Origin: Puniceicoccales bacterium
Lineage (GTDB): Bacteria > Verrucomicrobiota > Verrucomicrobiia > Opitutales > JAIRKQ01
Length of the DNA stretch: 64,000 bases
Reading direction: 5' to 3'
Assembly (NCBI GenBank): GCA_031269795.1
Contig: JAISYR010000021.1
Span: forward strand, 3,818-67,817
Part shown: positions 10,651-19,621 of the stretch, in pieces
Layout of the letters: every line of letters starts with the position of its first letter
How positions within the stretch are numbered: position 1 is the first letter of the stretch
Translations under genes and position numbers: made by a program
The notes under the pieces: model-generated
What the model was told of the DNA's origin: nothing
Database searches by the model: none
The model's input: only the letters and a program-made list of their open reading frames with translations

Positions 10651-12948
10651 ATGAAAAAGAAAAATGGGAGTATCTTGCTTTTTGTATTAATTTGCATGGG
10701 CATCTTTGGGGCGATGTTGCTGACGTTTTTAAACACAACGGCCCCCCAAAAGGTTTTCTATGAAAATGCTACACGCTCCTATGGTTTTTTGGACGATTCC
10801 CAAAATTTACATGGGCTCCTTGAACTTGAAACGGAGTCGGCGAAAAATTGGATGTTGGCACAAATAAAAAGCAATTCCCAACCAATGTCTTTGCGTAGAC
10901 CTATAATATGGGATGAAAATCAGTTGAAAAATTCAATGGCGATATTGAACCGGACCAATGAAGAATATTGGGATAAAGCAGGGGAAAATGTTGTCAAAGA
11001 GATCTGGAGGGTAGCAAATGAAGCACAGTCAAAGAGTTCGCCATATGATAGAACACGGAGAATGTATCGAAGTGCTCCCAGCGTAGCACGCTTATACGAC
11101 TGGGCACGTAACAAAAATCTGGAAGAGAAAATGGTGGAAGAAATATTAGCACTCTCCTTTGATATTACCCAAAAAGCCCCTACCAGCCTGAAAGATACAC
11201 TCAAGGACATCCTCGAGCGGTTAGGAATGTTAAATGGGCCAAACTTATACATTGGAGAGGAGTATAAGTCAACGGAAATCAAAGAGATGCAAAAAATATT
11301 ATCGGAGGTATGGCAGGACAAGCATGAACCATGGGAAAAACAACTGCGAGAACTGGAATACGAAGAAAGAGTAAACGGGGTGATGGCAAAATTAAAACCG
11401 CCACAGGAGGAAAGGCTAAAGGAACTAATGTCTCTTAAAAAAATAGAGCAAAGTTTAGATGGTAAAACAAACATCGACCCAAATACTTGGCAAGAAATAA
11501 ATGAACTGCTAAACCTAGAAAAAAGTTTGGAGAAAAGTTTGCCCCAAGCGGATCAGGACAAAAAGAACTTCCTAAAAGAATTGGAGCAAAAGTTCCTTTC
11601 CTCCGATGGACAAACCCAACTCCAAACACTTGAAGAAATAAACCGTATTGGGGATGAAATCTTAAAAATATTTCAAAACTCAATTGAAGATGCGTTGGAG
11701 CAGGGAAATTCTGAAAATGGCAGACCCCAAGACGATTCACTGTTAAAGCAGTTGGAGGAAGATGTTATCGGATTGATACAAGATCAATCCAGATTATCTA
11801 CCAATAGGTTTACGGGTTTGTCAGAAAAAGAACTATCTAAGAGTTTACAGGATATTCTGGATTCGATAGACAAAGACTTGGTTGATAAGTTGAAAAACTT
11901 AGCAATATCCTATAATAATAGGACAAGCGATAAAAATTATCAGGATTTGAGGAAATTAGGGAATTTTAGAGAAATTCTTGAATTAGACAAAGATGAAAAT
12001 AGGTTGCAGTCTGTCCTTGCGATGATATATCCAACAGCCAGCCAATGGGTTTTTCATATGGATGACGCTTTTCGGGGTTACGAGGGAAACTATAATATGA
12101 GAAAGAATGTCATTGTCGATGCATTAGATGACAAACTCCCATTAACTGGGAAATTTAAGGGAGAGGTTGCAGAAACAATTAAATTAATTTTCCAAAACTA
12201 TGGAATCGATGAAAAGGAAATAATGCCGTTTTTGAAGGATCTTGAAAAGGTTACAGACGTACTAGGCAAACCAGTAAGCCTCAAACATAATGATGAACTT
12301 AGGAGAGGGGAATTAGAATATTTCCGTACGATAATTGAAGATTTTAGAGATACAAAGCATCATTTGGATATAAATATTTTCAAAGAATTCTCTTCTTGGA
12401 AACAAGTCTTTCAAAATAAAAACCTGGATGTCGAAGAAGGGATTTTGGTTCAGTTGGGTAAGAGCTTAACCTTTGCAAATGGTATTGATAGTATAAATTT
12501 TTACGCGGCAAGCGAGCATGTCCGGCAAGCTCTAGTGTATACTCTACCACTACGGTCAGAAATAAGCAATCAACAAAAACAAGAAGCTAACTTGCCCACC
12601 TCAAAGGATCCCGTAGTGATCAGACAAGAAATACGAAAAATATTTGATTATGGACTTCAAGAGGGCAACAATGATCAAACTGAGCTCCAAGAAAACAAAA
12701 AAACAATTCAAAAAATATTAAAACTATTGCATGAAGCTAAGCTTGTCAACTTCCTAGAAAATTCAAACGGGGAAATAGATATATATACTTCATACACTAA
12801 GGCTCTAAAAATTAATGTACTCGTTTGGGATGAGGACTATCAATTACCACTTCATCGTTCTACAGATTATCACTGTAGGGTAGAGTATGCGGGAAATGGT
12901 AAAGTTAGTCTAAACAATAATACTGTTCAAACGGTTGAAGAATTTTAA
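10651..12948 (+). CDS. Large GspK/PilX-like minor pseudopilin-type protein with long helical insert
   Basis: MKKKNG|SILLFVLICMGIFGAMLL class III-like signal; C-terminal DSINFYAASEHVRQAL resembles the GspK iNiNtAs motif; E/K/L-rich centre. ORF is solid, function is inferred. Confidence 0.55.
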   Translation: MKKKNGSILLFVLICMGIFGAMLLTFLNTTAPQKVFYENATRSYGFLDDSQNLHGLLELETESAKNWMLAQIKSNSQPMSLRRPIIWDENQLKNSMAILNRTNEEYWDKAGENVVKEIWRVANEAQSKSSPYDRTRRMYRSAPSVARLYDWARNKNLEEKMVEEILALSFDITQKAPTSLKDTLKDILERLGMLNGPNLYIGEEYKSTEIKEMQKILSEVWQDKHEPWEKQLRELEYEERVNGVMAKLKPPQEERLKELMSLKKIEQSLDGKTNIDPNTWQEINELLNLEKSLEKSLPQADQDKKNFLKELEQKFLSSDGQTQLQTLEEINRIGDEILKIFQNSIEDALEQGNSENGRPQDDSLLKQLEEDVIGLIQDQSRLSTNRFTGLSEKELSKSLQDILDSIDKDLVDKLKNLAISYNNRTSDKNYQDLRKLGNFREILELDKDENRLQSVLAMIYPTASQWVFHMDDAFRGYEGNYNMRKNVIVDALDDKLPLTGKFKGEVAETIKLIFQNYGIDEKEIMPFLKDLEKVTDVLGKPVSLKHNDELRRGELEYFRTIIEDFRDTKHHLDINIFKEFSSWKQVFQNKNLDVEEGILVQLGKSLTFANGIDSINFYAASEHVRQALVYTLPLRSEISNQQKQEANLPTSKDPVVIRQEIRKIFDYGLQEGNNDQTELQENKKTIQKILKLLHEAKLVNFLENSNGEIDIYTSYTKALKINVLVWDEDYQLPLHRSTDYHCRVEYAGNGKVSLNNNTVQTVEEF

Positions 12949-12964
12949 ATACCAGCTTGATTCG

Positions 12965-13948
12965 ATGAGTATTTTAGTAATAGGAGCAGCGGGGTTTGTT
13001 GGTAGCCATCTGGTGAAGAGGTTGGGGGCGTTGGGTTATCGTGTCTGTGGAATGGACATAGATAATGTGCGGGCTAAACAAGTATTGGCATCAAACATTC
13101 CATTTTATTGCTGTGACTTCGGGGCACAATCTTCCCTGCAAAATGTTTTTAAACAGGAAAATGTTGAAATGGTCATTCAATGTGCTGGCAAATCCATTGT
13201 GGAAAATTCAGTCGCAGACCCAATGCCATACTACACGAATAATGCCCTCTGTAATATCTTTCTACTGGATACTTTGCTAAAATCGAATATTACCAAAATG
13301 GTATATGTTTCTTCAGCTACCGTTTTCGGGGAAGTTGAAAAAATGCCAATTACCCAGCAAACGATTCGCAATCCCATAAGTCCATTGGGTAATGCACAGT
13401 TGCTCGTCGAAAATATGTTGGAGTCTTTTAGGATATCCCATGGCCTAACCTATGCAATTGTTAGGGCGTCGAATATCACCGGAATGGGCGAGGTAGAGAA
13501 TGAATACTTTATACAAAACTTAGGAACTGGTCTTATTCCAAACCTTTTGAGGTATATTTTAGGGCAAATGGACGCAGTGAATATTTTGGGGACTTCCCAT
13601 GACACCATCGACTTGACAGCTGAACGGGATTACATACACGTGGACGACTTTTGCAGTGCCTGTGTTAACGTGATTCCCAAGCTGTCAATCCGTGGTGAGG
13701 GGATGGCCTATAATATCGGGAGTGGTAAAAAGTACTCCGTTAGAGAGGTAATCGCAATGGTCGAACAGCTGTTTGGGGTCGCGATTAAAACAACTGAAGG
13801 ACCTTCCCGAATTGGAGATCCTTCGCGCCTATACTTTGATATTAATAAAACCAGAAGTGAACTAGATTGGTATCCCAAATATGACTCTTTGGAACTGATA
13901 TTGAAAACAATGCTTCCCTATTACCTAGCCCACCGGCAAAACCGCTAG
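12965..13948 (+). CDS. UDP-glucose 4-epimerase (GalE)-like extended SDR lacking the YxxxK motif
   Basis: GAAGFVG Rossmann motif, SVADPMPYY.NN, RDYIHVDD, YNIGSG, RIGDP; PISPLGNAQ replaces P.SPYG.SK. Confidence 0.85.
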   Translation: MSILVIGAAGFVGSHLVKRLGALGYRVCGMDIDNVRAKQVLASNIPFYCCDFGAQSSLQNVFKQENVEMVIQCAGKSIVENSVADPMPYYTNNALCNIFLLDTLLKSNITKMVYVSSATVFGEVEKMPITQQTIRNPISPLGNAQLLVENMLESFRISHGLTYAIVRASNITGMGEVENEYFIQNLGTGLIPNLLRYILGQMDAVNILGTSHDTIDLTAERDYIHVDDFCSACVNVIPKLSIRGEGMAYNIGSGKKYSVREVIAMVEQLFGVAIKTTEGPSRIGDPSRLYFDINKTRSELDWYPKYDSLELILKTMLPYYLAHRQNR

Positions 13949-13971
13949 ATATATGGTGGAACATTTATCCA

Positions 13972-14316
13972 TCACTCTCCGTATTCTGCACTTACGGAAG
14001 GATTGGTTTGCAAATTTGCCCCACTCGGATTGCCGTGAACCATAACCGCCTTCAATACCTCCCTGTCTAGTTTTTGTCGTTCAGGGTCGGATTTTTCCAG
14101 TGCATCCTGTTTATTTTCAAAAGCTTTTGTCCCTGGACGAGTTACTTCCGTGGCTTCCCTGCTAACATGCTGCGTACTCCCCACATCATTTTGCGGAATA
14201 TTTGGGTTTGCCGTAGGGTTTGCCTTCATATCTCCCACCGCACCTGTTGGACCAGGCATGGTGACATTTGTATCCACTGGACCAGTATTTGTATTAGAAA
14301 TTCCCATGTTTGACAT
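13972..14316 (-). CDS. Orphan 114-aa protein, N/T/P/G-rich N-terminus
   Basis: Perfect SD (AAGGAGG) 6 nt upstream of the ATG; fills the intergenic space; no recognised family. Confidence 0.65.
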   Translation of the reverse strand: MSNMGISNTNTGPVDTNVTMPGPTGAVGDMKANPTANPNIPQNDVGSTQHVSREATEVTRPGTKAFENKQDALEKSDPERQKLDREVLKAVMVHGNPSGANLQTNPSVSAEYGE

Positions 14317-14522
14317 CTCAATCCTCCTTGTTAAGATTCTAACCTATTAAGGATATTTGGTAAAAAAATTTTTGCAACAAAAATTTTGATATTTTGAAAA
14401 AATTATTTCATCCCAGCATCTGTAAGGAATCCCATTCTGACTTCACTGAAAATGTTCGCAACTAGCGGTAATATTTTTAGAAAAGTATGGCATTATAGGC
14501 TTTTTTGTGGTAGAAAAAGATC

Positions 14523-15701
14523 ATGTGTCCCCTAATACACAATACCGTAGATCCGCACGGGTTCAGCGGTTCACCCACGTCGACCATCGAGACATGTCAA
14601 TATTTGAAATTGGCCCTATATCGAGGAAGTTACGATAAAAACACTGAAGTCTTGGAAGTACATTGGTTAGCCGATGATGTTCACAAACGGATTGGGAATT
14701 TTTATCACCAAAGCGACAATTACATTGATATTATTGGAAGCGATTCACATCCGAACAACGTTGATCTGGTACACACGTTGAAAAATAGGCTTTTGGAAAA
14801 AGAGTCATCATTTATTAGGACATACCAATTGCTCAGCGACGAGAATGTTTATCGGCTATTTGTTGAAAAAATCAAGATAACGGAAAAGACTAAAACGGAG
14901 ATAAAGTTTGTTGGGTGTCTTTTCATGGTTCCGGAGTGTGAAAATGATACGGGAGGGGGAGATATTATCCGGCAACAACTCCTCGAAAGCCTACGCAAAG
15001 AACGGGAAATTAACCAGGTGAAAAATCTATTTGTCAATATGGTATCCCATGAAATGCGCACTCCTTTGGCAGTTATACAGGGGGCTATTGACCTGATCGA
15101 ACACTGCAATGACAAGTTAAGTGATGGTGATAGGACAAATTACATGCAATCGATAAGAAGAGCAATCTTGAGGATGACACGGACAATGGACACAGTGTTA
15201 ATTTTGGGTAAAGTACAAAGCAACCAGCTATCGTTCCAACCGTTGAAATCCGATGTGGTGTTGTTTTGTAAAAATATAATTAACGAAATTGAAAATCTTA
15301 ACGAGGGAAGAAAAATTGTACTTCAGATATCAAAGGCGTTTCCGCGGAGTATTGACATAGACACGACGCTTCTCTATCACATCGTTTCTAATCTGCTAAA
15401 CAATGCGATAAAATATTCCGATCCGATGACACTGGTATATTTAAACTTAGTTTACAATGAAAAAACGTTGACCATTTATGTCAAGGACTCTGGAATAGGT
15501 ATTCCTCCTAAAGAATTGAAAGGGATATTTAAATTGTTCCATCGGGGATCCAACACGAAAGGTCTCAAAGGCATGGGAATTGGTATGTTTATCGTCAAAC
15601 ATTGCATCGCATTGCATAACGGAAGCATAGAAGTTAAATCCAAGGAACATGAAGGGACAATTTTTCGGGTAAAGTTGCCATTGCGCGTCAAAATTAGATA
15701 A
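14523..15701 (+). CDS. Cytoplasmic sensor histidine kinase (PAS-like + HisKA + HATPase_c)
   Basis: SHEMRTPL H-box, NLLNNAIKYS N-box, DSGIGIP G1, FHRG F, GMGIGMFIVK G2; no TM seen. Confidence 0.92.
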   Translation: MCPLIHNTVDPHGFSGSPTSTIETCQYLKLALYRGSYDKNTEVLEVHWLADDVHKRIGNFYHQSDNYIDIIGSDSHPNNVDLVHTLKNRLLEKESSFIRTYQLLSDENVYRLFVEKIKITEKTKTEIKFVGCLFMVPECENDTGGGDIIRQQLLESLRKEREINQVKNLFVNMVSHEMRTPLAVIQGAIDLIEHCNDKLSDGDRTNYMQSIRRAILRMTRTMDTVLILGKVQSNQLSFQPLKSDVVLFCKNIINEIENLNEGRKIVLQISKAFPRSIDIDTTLLYHIVSNLLNNAIKYSDPMTLVYLNLVYNEKTLTIYVKDSGIGIPPKELKGIFKLFHRGSNTKGLKGMGIGMFIVKHCIALHNGSIEVKSKEHEGTIFRVKLPLRVKIR

Positions 15702-15866
15702 CTCTCCCAAACATATGGACCAGTAATATTTCCTTTTCTCTTTACATTTTATATTCTTTGAAGGCAAAAAATTATAATGTGTTGCCTATGCCGTCAAAAT
15801 TTGTTTGATGTGTTGTGGAAGTTACGGTGGTATTAGTTTTGGCGTTCATTTTCTAATTTCCTTAAA

Positions 15867-17243
15867 ATGTCATCAAATAAAAACATCGAAGATAGGAAAG
15901 CATCTCTCAGGCATTATACCTTTGAGGAGTTACAGGATTGTGCCGAAAACGATTTCAAAAATTTGAACGCCATCAAGTTAGCGAGGACCCCTCCCCATGA
16001 AATAGGTGCTTGGCTTGAGAGGCTCTCTCAAGAAGAAAGAGAAATAGTTTTACGCAAACTATCCGTCGACGATGTAACCGAAATTTTGGCAGAAATGAAC
16101 GTTTCCGATTCGGCCGAAATCATTTCTGAAATGCGAGATGCCAAAGCTATAAAGATTTTGAGCTCCCTTGCGCCGGATGATGCCGCTGACCTATTAGGTG
16201 AGTTGGAAGATGACGTAAGAGAACGGCTGATGATTAAAATGCCATCACAGGTTGCCACGACCTTACGCAACCTGTTGACCTACGATCCGAATACTGCGGG
16301 TGGTGTCATGACTCCCCATGTCGCCGCTCTGAAAATAGATATGACAGTCGATGAAGCCATTGAATTTTTGAGAGAAAACAAGGACGTATCGGAGAATGTG
16401 GAAAGTTTGTATGTCACCGATGATAAAAAACATTTGGTCGGAGTTTTGAACATACAAAAATTACTATGGACCGATCCGCATGCAAAGATTGGTGACCTGA
16501 TGTGCAGTGAAGTCGAAGGTATTTGTTCCCTAGAGCAGGATAAAGAGTCGGTTGCCCACATGATGGCAAGAAATCACTTCAACACATTGCCTGTTGTCGA
16601 TGGGCAACATCGGTTGATCGGTGTTGTTACACACGATGACGTCATCGATATTTTGCGGGAGGAAGCAACGGAAGATATCCAAAAATTACATGGAGCGGGT
16701 GGAGATGAAAGTATACACGATAGTGTGCCCTATAGCATTTTTAGGCGCACACCGTGGTTGATAATAAATTTGTGCATTGCATTTGTGACGGCCGGTGTTA
16801 TTCACATTTTCGAACAAAGAATTGCCCAGTGTACCGTGCTGGCAGTTTTCATGGTAATGATAACCGGACTAAGTGGAAATTCCGGAGCCCAAACATTGGC
16901 AATTGCAATCAGAGGTCTTGCCTTGGGCGAATATCACCATGGGGATTCGCCGAGGGTCGTACTGCGAGAAACTTTAAAAGGGTTCCTCAATGGTATTATC
17001 ATAGGTTTTATCGCACTCGTCGTGACAGGTATTTGGTCCCAAAACATAAAGGTTGGGGTAGTAGTTTTCTTGGCAATGATTCTGAATATGGGACTATCCG
17101 GGTTCGTTGGATCACTTATCCCGATATTTTTGACGCGCATCAAATGTGATCCCGCCCAAAGTTCGTATATTTTTCTCACCTCGATAACCGATATTGCTGG
17201 AATGTTTATTTTCTTGGGAATCGGATCATATTTTCTGCTCTAG
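15867..17243 (+). CDS. mgtE: Magnesium transporter MgtE
   Basis: MgtE_N, two CBS domains, RTPWL, GNSGAQT, DPAQSS, TSITDIAG. Confidence 0.95.
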   Translation: MSSNKNIEDRKASLRHYTFEELQDCAENDFKNLNAIKLARTPPHEIGAWLERLSQEEREIVLRKLSVDDVTEILAEMNVSDSAEIISEMRDAKAIKILSSLAPDDAADLLGELEDDVRERLMIKMPSQVATTLRNLLTYDPNTAGGVMTPHVAALKIDMTVDEAIEFLRENKDVSENVESLYVTDDKKHLVGVLNIQKLLWTDPHAKIGDLMCSEVEGICSLEQDKESVAHMMARNHFNTLPVVDGQHRLIGVVTHDDVIDILREEATEDIQKLHGAGGDESIHDSVPYSIFRRTPWLIINLCIAFVTAGVIHIFEQRIAQCTVLAVFMVMITGLSGNSGAQTLAIAIRGLALGEYHHGDSPRVVLRETLKGFLNGIIIGFIALVVTGIWSQNIKVGVVVFLAMILNMGLSGFVGSLIPIFLTRIKCDPAQSSYIFLTSITDIAGMFIFLGIGSYFLL

Positions 17244-17260
17244 ATGCTTCGTTTTACATT

Positions 17261-17848
17261 TTGTTTCCGAACACCATGAAACAGATCGCCCAAGACCTGA
17301 ATTTAAAAGCAACGGCGGATTCCACATTTTGTAAAATTTTTCCTAAATTTTGCAATTTATTCGGCAAATATACCCTATCTGGAAAATTCCGGGGAAAGGA
17401 TTTTGAGATATATACCATCAAATTTCCTAGCATCAAACAATTTCCCCTACGACTTGTGGTGAAAAGCAATCTTGGGCTTACCGAACCATTTCACATTTTG
17501 GCCAGGAAAAGACCTTTTTTCATAAGTTTCCATAAAATTTTCGACAGAGATATATGTTTTACAAATAACCCGATCCTAGACAGTAGGTTACTATTTTCGA
17601 CCGGCAGGCGGGACCTTTTGACTTTGATACTACAATATGACGAAGTTCAGGACCAACTCTACAATATTTGGAAGACAAGGAAATGCGATGGCACGCTGTC
17701 CATAGGTAATAATTTTATCATGTACCACGAGCCATTTAGGCTGCTTACGAAAACAACCCGTGAAAGAATAAAGAACGTAGCAAACCTAATCTGCGACATC
17801 GCAGATATCATCAAGCTATCACGAAAATTTATGACCAAAAATAATTGA
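17261..17848 (+). CDS. Hypothetical protein (195 aa)
   Basis: Intergenic-filling ORF, co-oriented with mgtE; no motif recognised; start may be the ATG at 17276. Confidence 0.6.
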   Translation: MFPNTMKQIAQDLNLKATADSTFCKIFPKFCNLFGKYTLSGKFRGKDFEIYTIKFPSIKQFPLRLVVKSNLGLTEPFHILARKRPFFISFHKIFDRDICFTNNPILDSRLLFSTGRRDLLTLILQYDEVQDQLYNIWKTRKCDGTLSIGNNFIMYHEPFRLLTKTTRERIKNVANLICDIADIIKLSRKFMTKNN

Positions 17849-17911
17849 TGTGGTGAATTTTATTTGCGCCATGAAGTTGCGTTTGTATGAGGCTAATGGC
17901 AGGGGTTAAAA

Positions 17912-19141
17912 TTACCTAAGCCTCATATTTTGCATCAGGTTGATCATGGGCAAAAACATTGCAATTACGACGATAGCGACGACAATGGCCAAAAAAATTA
18001 TGATGGCCGGCTCAATCAAAATGGTCAGAAATGTCAATTGCTGCTCGATTTTTCGATCATACATTTCCGATATTTTTATAAATGTTTTGGCCAATCCCCT
18101 TGATCGTTCTCCCGCCAAAATTAGGCCATTGTCCGTTGCCGTGAGAAACTTATTGCCTCTGAAGCTATCCGATAGAGCTTCTCCCTGCATTATCTTCATT
18201 AAAACTTTTTCAAATGCTTTCTTGCACTTGCCGTTATTTATTACTGCAATCGACAGTTGCAAAGCTTCCTGAAGCGGTACCCCAAATGACATCAACATCC
18301 CAATGGTTCTAAAAAAAGTGTTGAGGTTTATGGTCAGAAATAATTTGCCAAAAAATGGCAGTTGATTTTTGAAAAATCTTTTACGAAGATAAATTCTAAA
18401 AGCTACGATGGCAGCTATGGCAAGTATCACCATCGTTCCCCAATGATTGCCGATAAAATTACAAAAGTTTACCACCCGTTGGGTCAACCATGGAAGAGAT
18501 CTGCCATGGGGATCTTGGGATGTAAAAATAATTTCAAACTTTGGAACAACGATTGTCATAAGCAAAATCAGAGCAATTCCAGCGACCACCAATACAATCG
18601 CTGGATAGATCAGTGCCATTTTGACCTTTTCCCCAATGGACGACATTTTCTTACCAACTTTGGACATTTCTCCCAATGCGATTCCGGGACATCCTATTTT
18701 TTCTGCGGCTTTGACTGTTTTTATTTCGGTATCTGAAAAAAACTGGCGGCAGTACATCATTCCTTCGGATAATGACATTCCGGCAGAAATTTTTTCCCTA
18801 AGGGAATATATTATATTGTAACCCGTGGAACCTCTTTTAAGTCCGGCTGTTAACGTTGAAAGACATTGTTCGATCGGTAGACCTGCCGTTAGCAACATTG
18901 CCAATTGTTCAAAAAATGCATATTTCCAATTGGGTTGACCGTGTCTTTTGCAGGAGAAAAGACTACAAAACTTCTCCATGCCCAAATTGTTTCTCCTGGT
19001 CTTTGTTTCACAACATTGCAACAGTTGTATATGGAATCCCCTATCTCGCAGTTCCTGTTCGGCAAGGGCTTTACTATCTGAAATAATTTCACCCCTAACG
19101 ACCACATCGTTAGAATCTACGGCTAAAAACCTAAATCGCAT
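17912..19141 (-). CDS. Type II secretion/type IV pilus inner-membrane platform protein (GspF/PilC family)
   Basis: MRFRFLAVDS..VRGEI N-terminus, FFEQLAMLLTAGLP, ALIYP, GERS.GL, EPAIIIFL..PM; start reset to the ATG at 19141. Confidence 0.9.
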   Translation of the reverse strand: MRFRFLAVDSNDVVVRGEIISDSKALAEQELRDRGFHIQLLQCCETKTRRNNLGMEKFCSLFSCKRHGQPNWKYAFFEQLAMLLTAGLPIEQCLSTLTAGLKRGSTGYNIIYSLREKISAGMSLSEGMMYCRQFFSDTEIKTVKAAEKIGCPGIALGEMSKVGKKMSSIGEKVKMALIYPAIVLVVAGIALILLMTIVVPKFEIIFTSQDPHGRSLPWLTQRVVNFCNFIGNHWGTMVILAIAAIVAFRIYLRKRFFKNQLPFFGKLFLTINLNTFFRTIGMLMSFGVPLQEALQLSIAVINNGKCKKAFEKVLMKIMQGEALSDSFRGNKFLTATDNGLILAGERSRGLAKTFIKISEMYDRKIEQQLTFLTILIEPAIIIFLAIVVAIVVIAMFLPMINLMQNMRLR

Positions 19142-19278
19142 TGGCCACAATTGTAGAAAATATTTTACATAAATAAACCCATTTCGTGAAAAATACTTCA
19201 CGGGAAAAATTAGAAGCTTTTCCCATACAATCCGTTTTTTCTCTTCCCTCCTTAATTTGATGGCACCACCGGAGGAAC

Positions 19279-19346
19279 ACCATAGCTTTACCAGCTTTTC
19301 TGCCATCCGTAAAAAGTAAAATTTTTTACAAAAAATGCTTGCCACG
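19279..19346 (+). repeat. Solitary partial copy of the upstream element repeated at 22941/23711/25505
   Basis: ACCATAGCTTTACCAGCTTTTCTGCCATCCGTAAAAAGTAAAATTTTTTACAAAAAATGCTTGCCACG aligns by hand to 23729-23795 at about 80-85% identity. Confidence 0.75.
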
Positions 19347-19576
19347 TGCCGGCTTTCCCGTCTGTCAGGCAAATTAATTTTGTGCAAAACTTACTCCTTC
19401 TATGATTTGTCACTCTTTTTTAGTACTTCTTTTGTTCTGTCTTGTTCGTTTTATTCGAGCGTTCTATATGTATTTCGCACGCCATAAAAAATGAAGCAAC
19501 CTTGAAACAATGGATTTTTCTTGGTACTCTGTTTTGTGCTTCCCCTATCCCCCGCTAGGCCTGTGGTTATCGGTGG

Positions 19577-19615
19577 TGGTGCTCGAGGAGGGATTCGAAC
19601 CCCGAACCAATTGAT
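19577..19615 (-). pseudogene. tRNA 3'-half remnant (variable loop, T-arm, acceptor 3' strand, CCA)
   Basis: Minus strand ATCAATTGGTTCGGGGTTCGAATCCCTCCTCGAGCACCA(CCA); no matching 5' half because upstream is sufB coding sequence. Confidence 0.75.
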
Positions 19616-19621
19616 AGTTGA

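Noticed and set aside
19142-19387. 82-codon N-terminal extension of GspF/PilC
   Set aside because: It overlaps a copy of element P, and the family-typical N-terminus begins at 19141; the AAGGAG before TTG 19387 is judged coincidental
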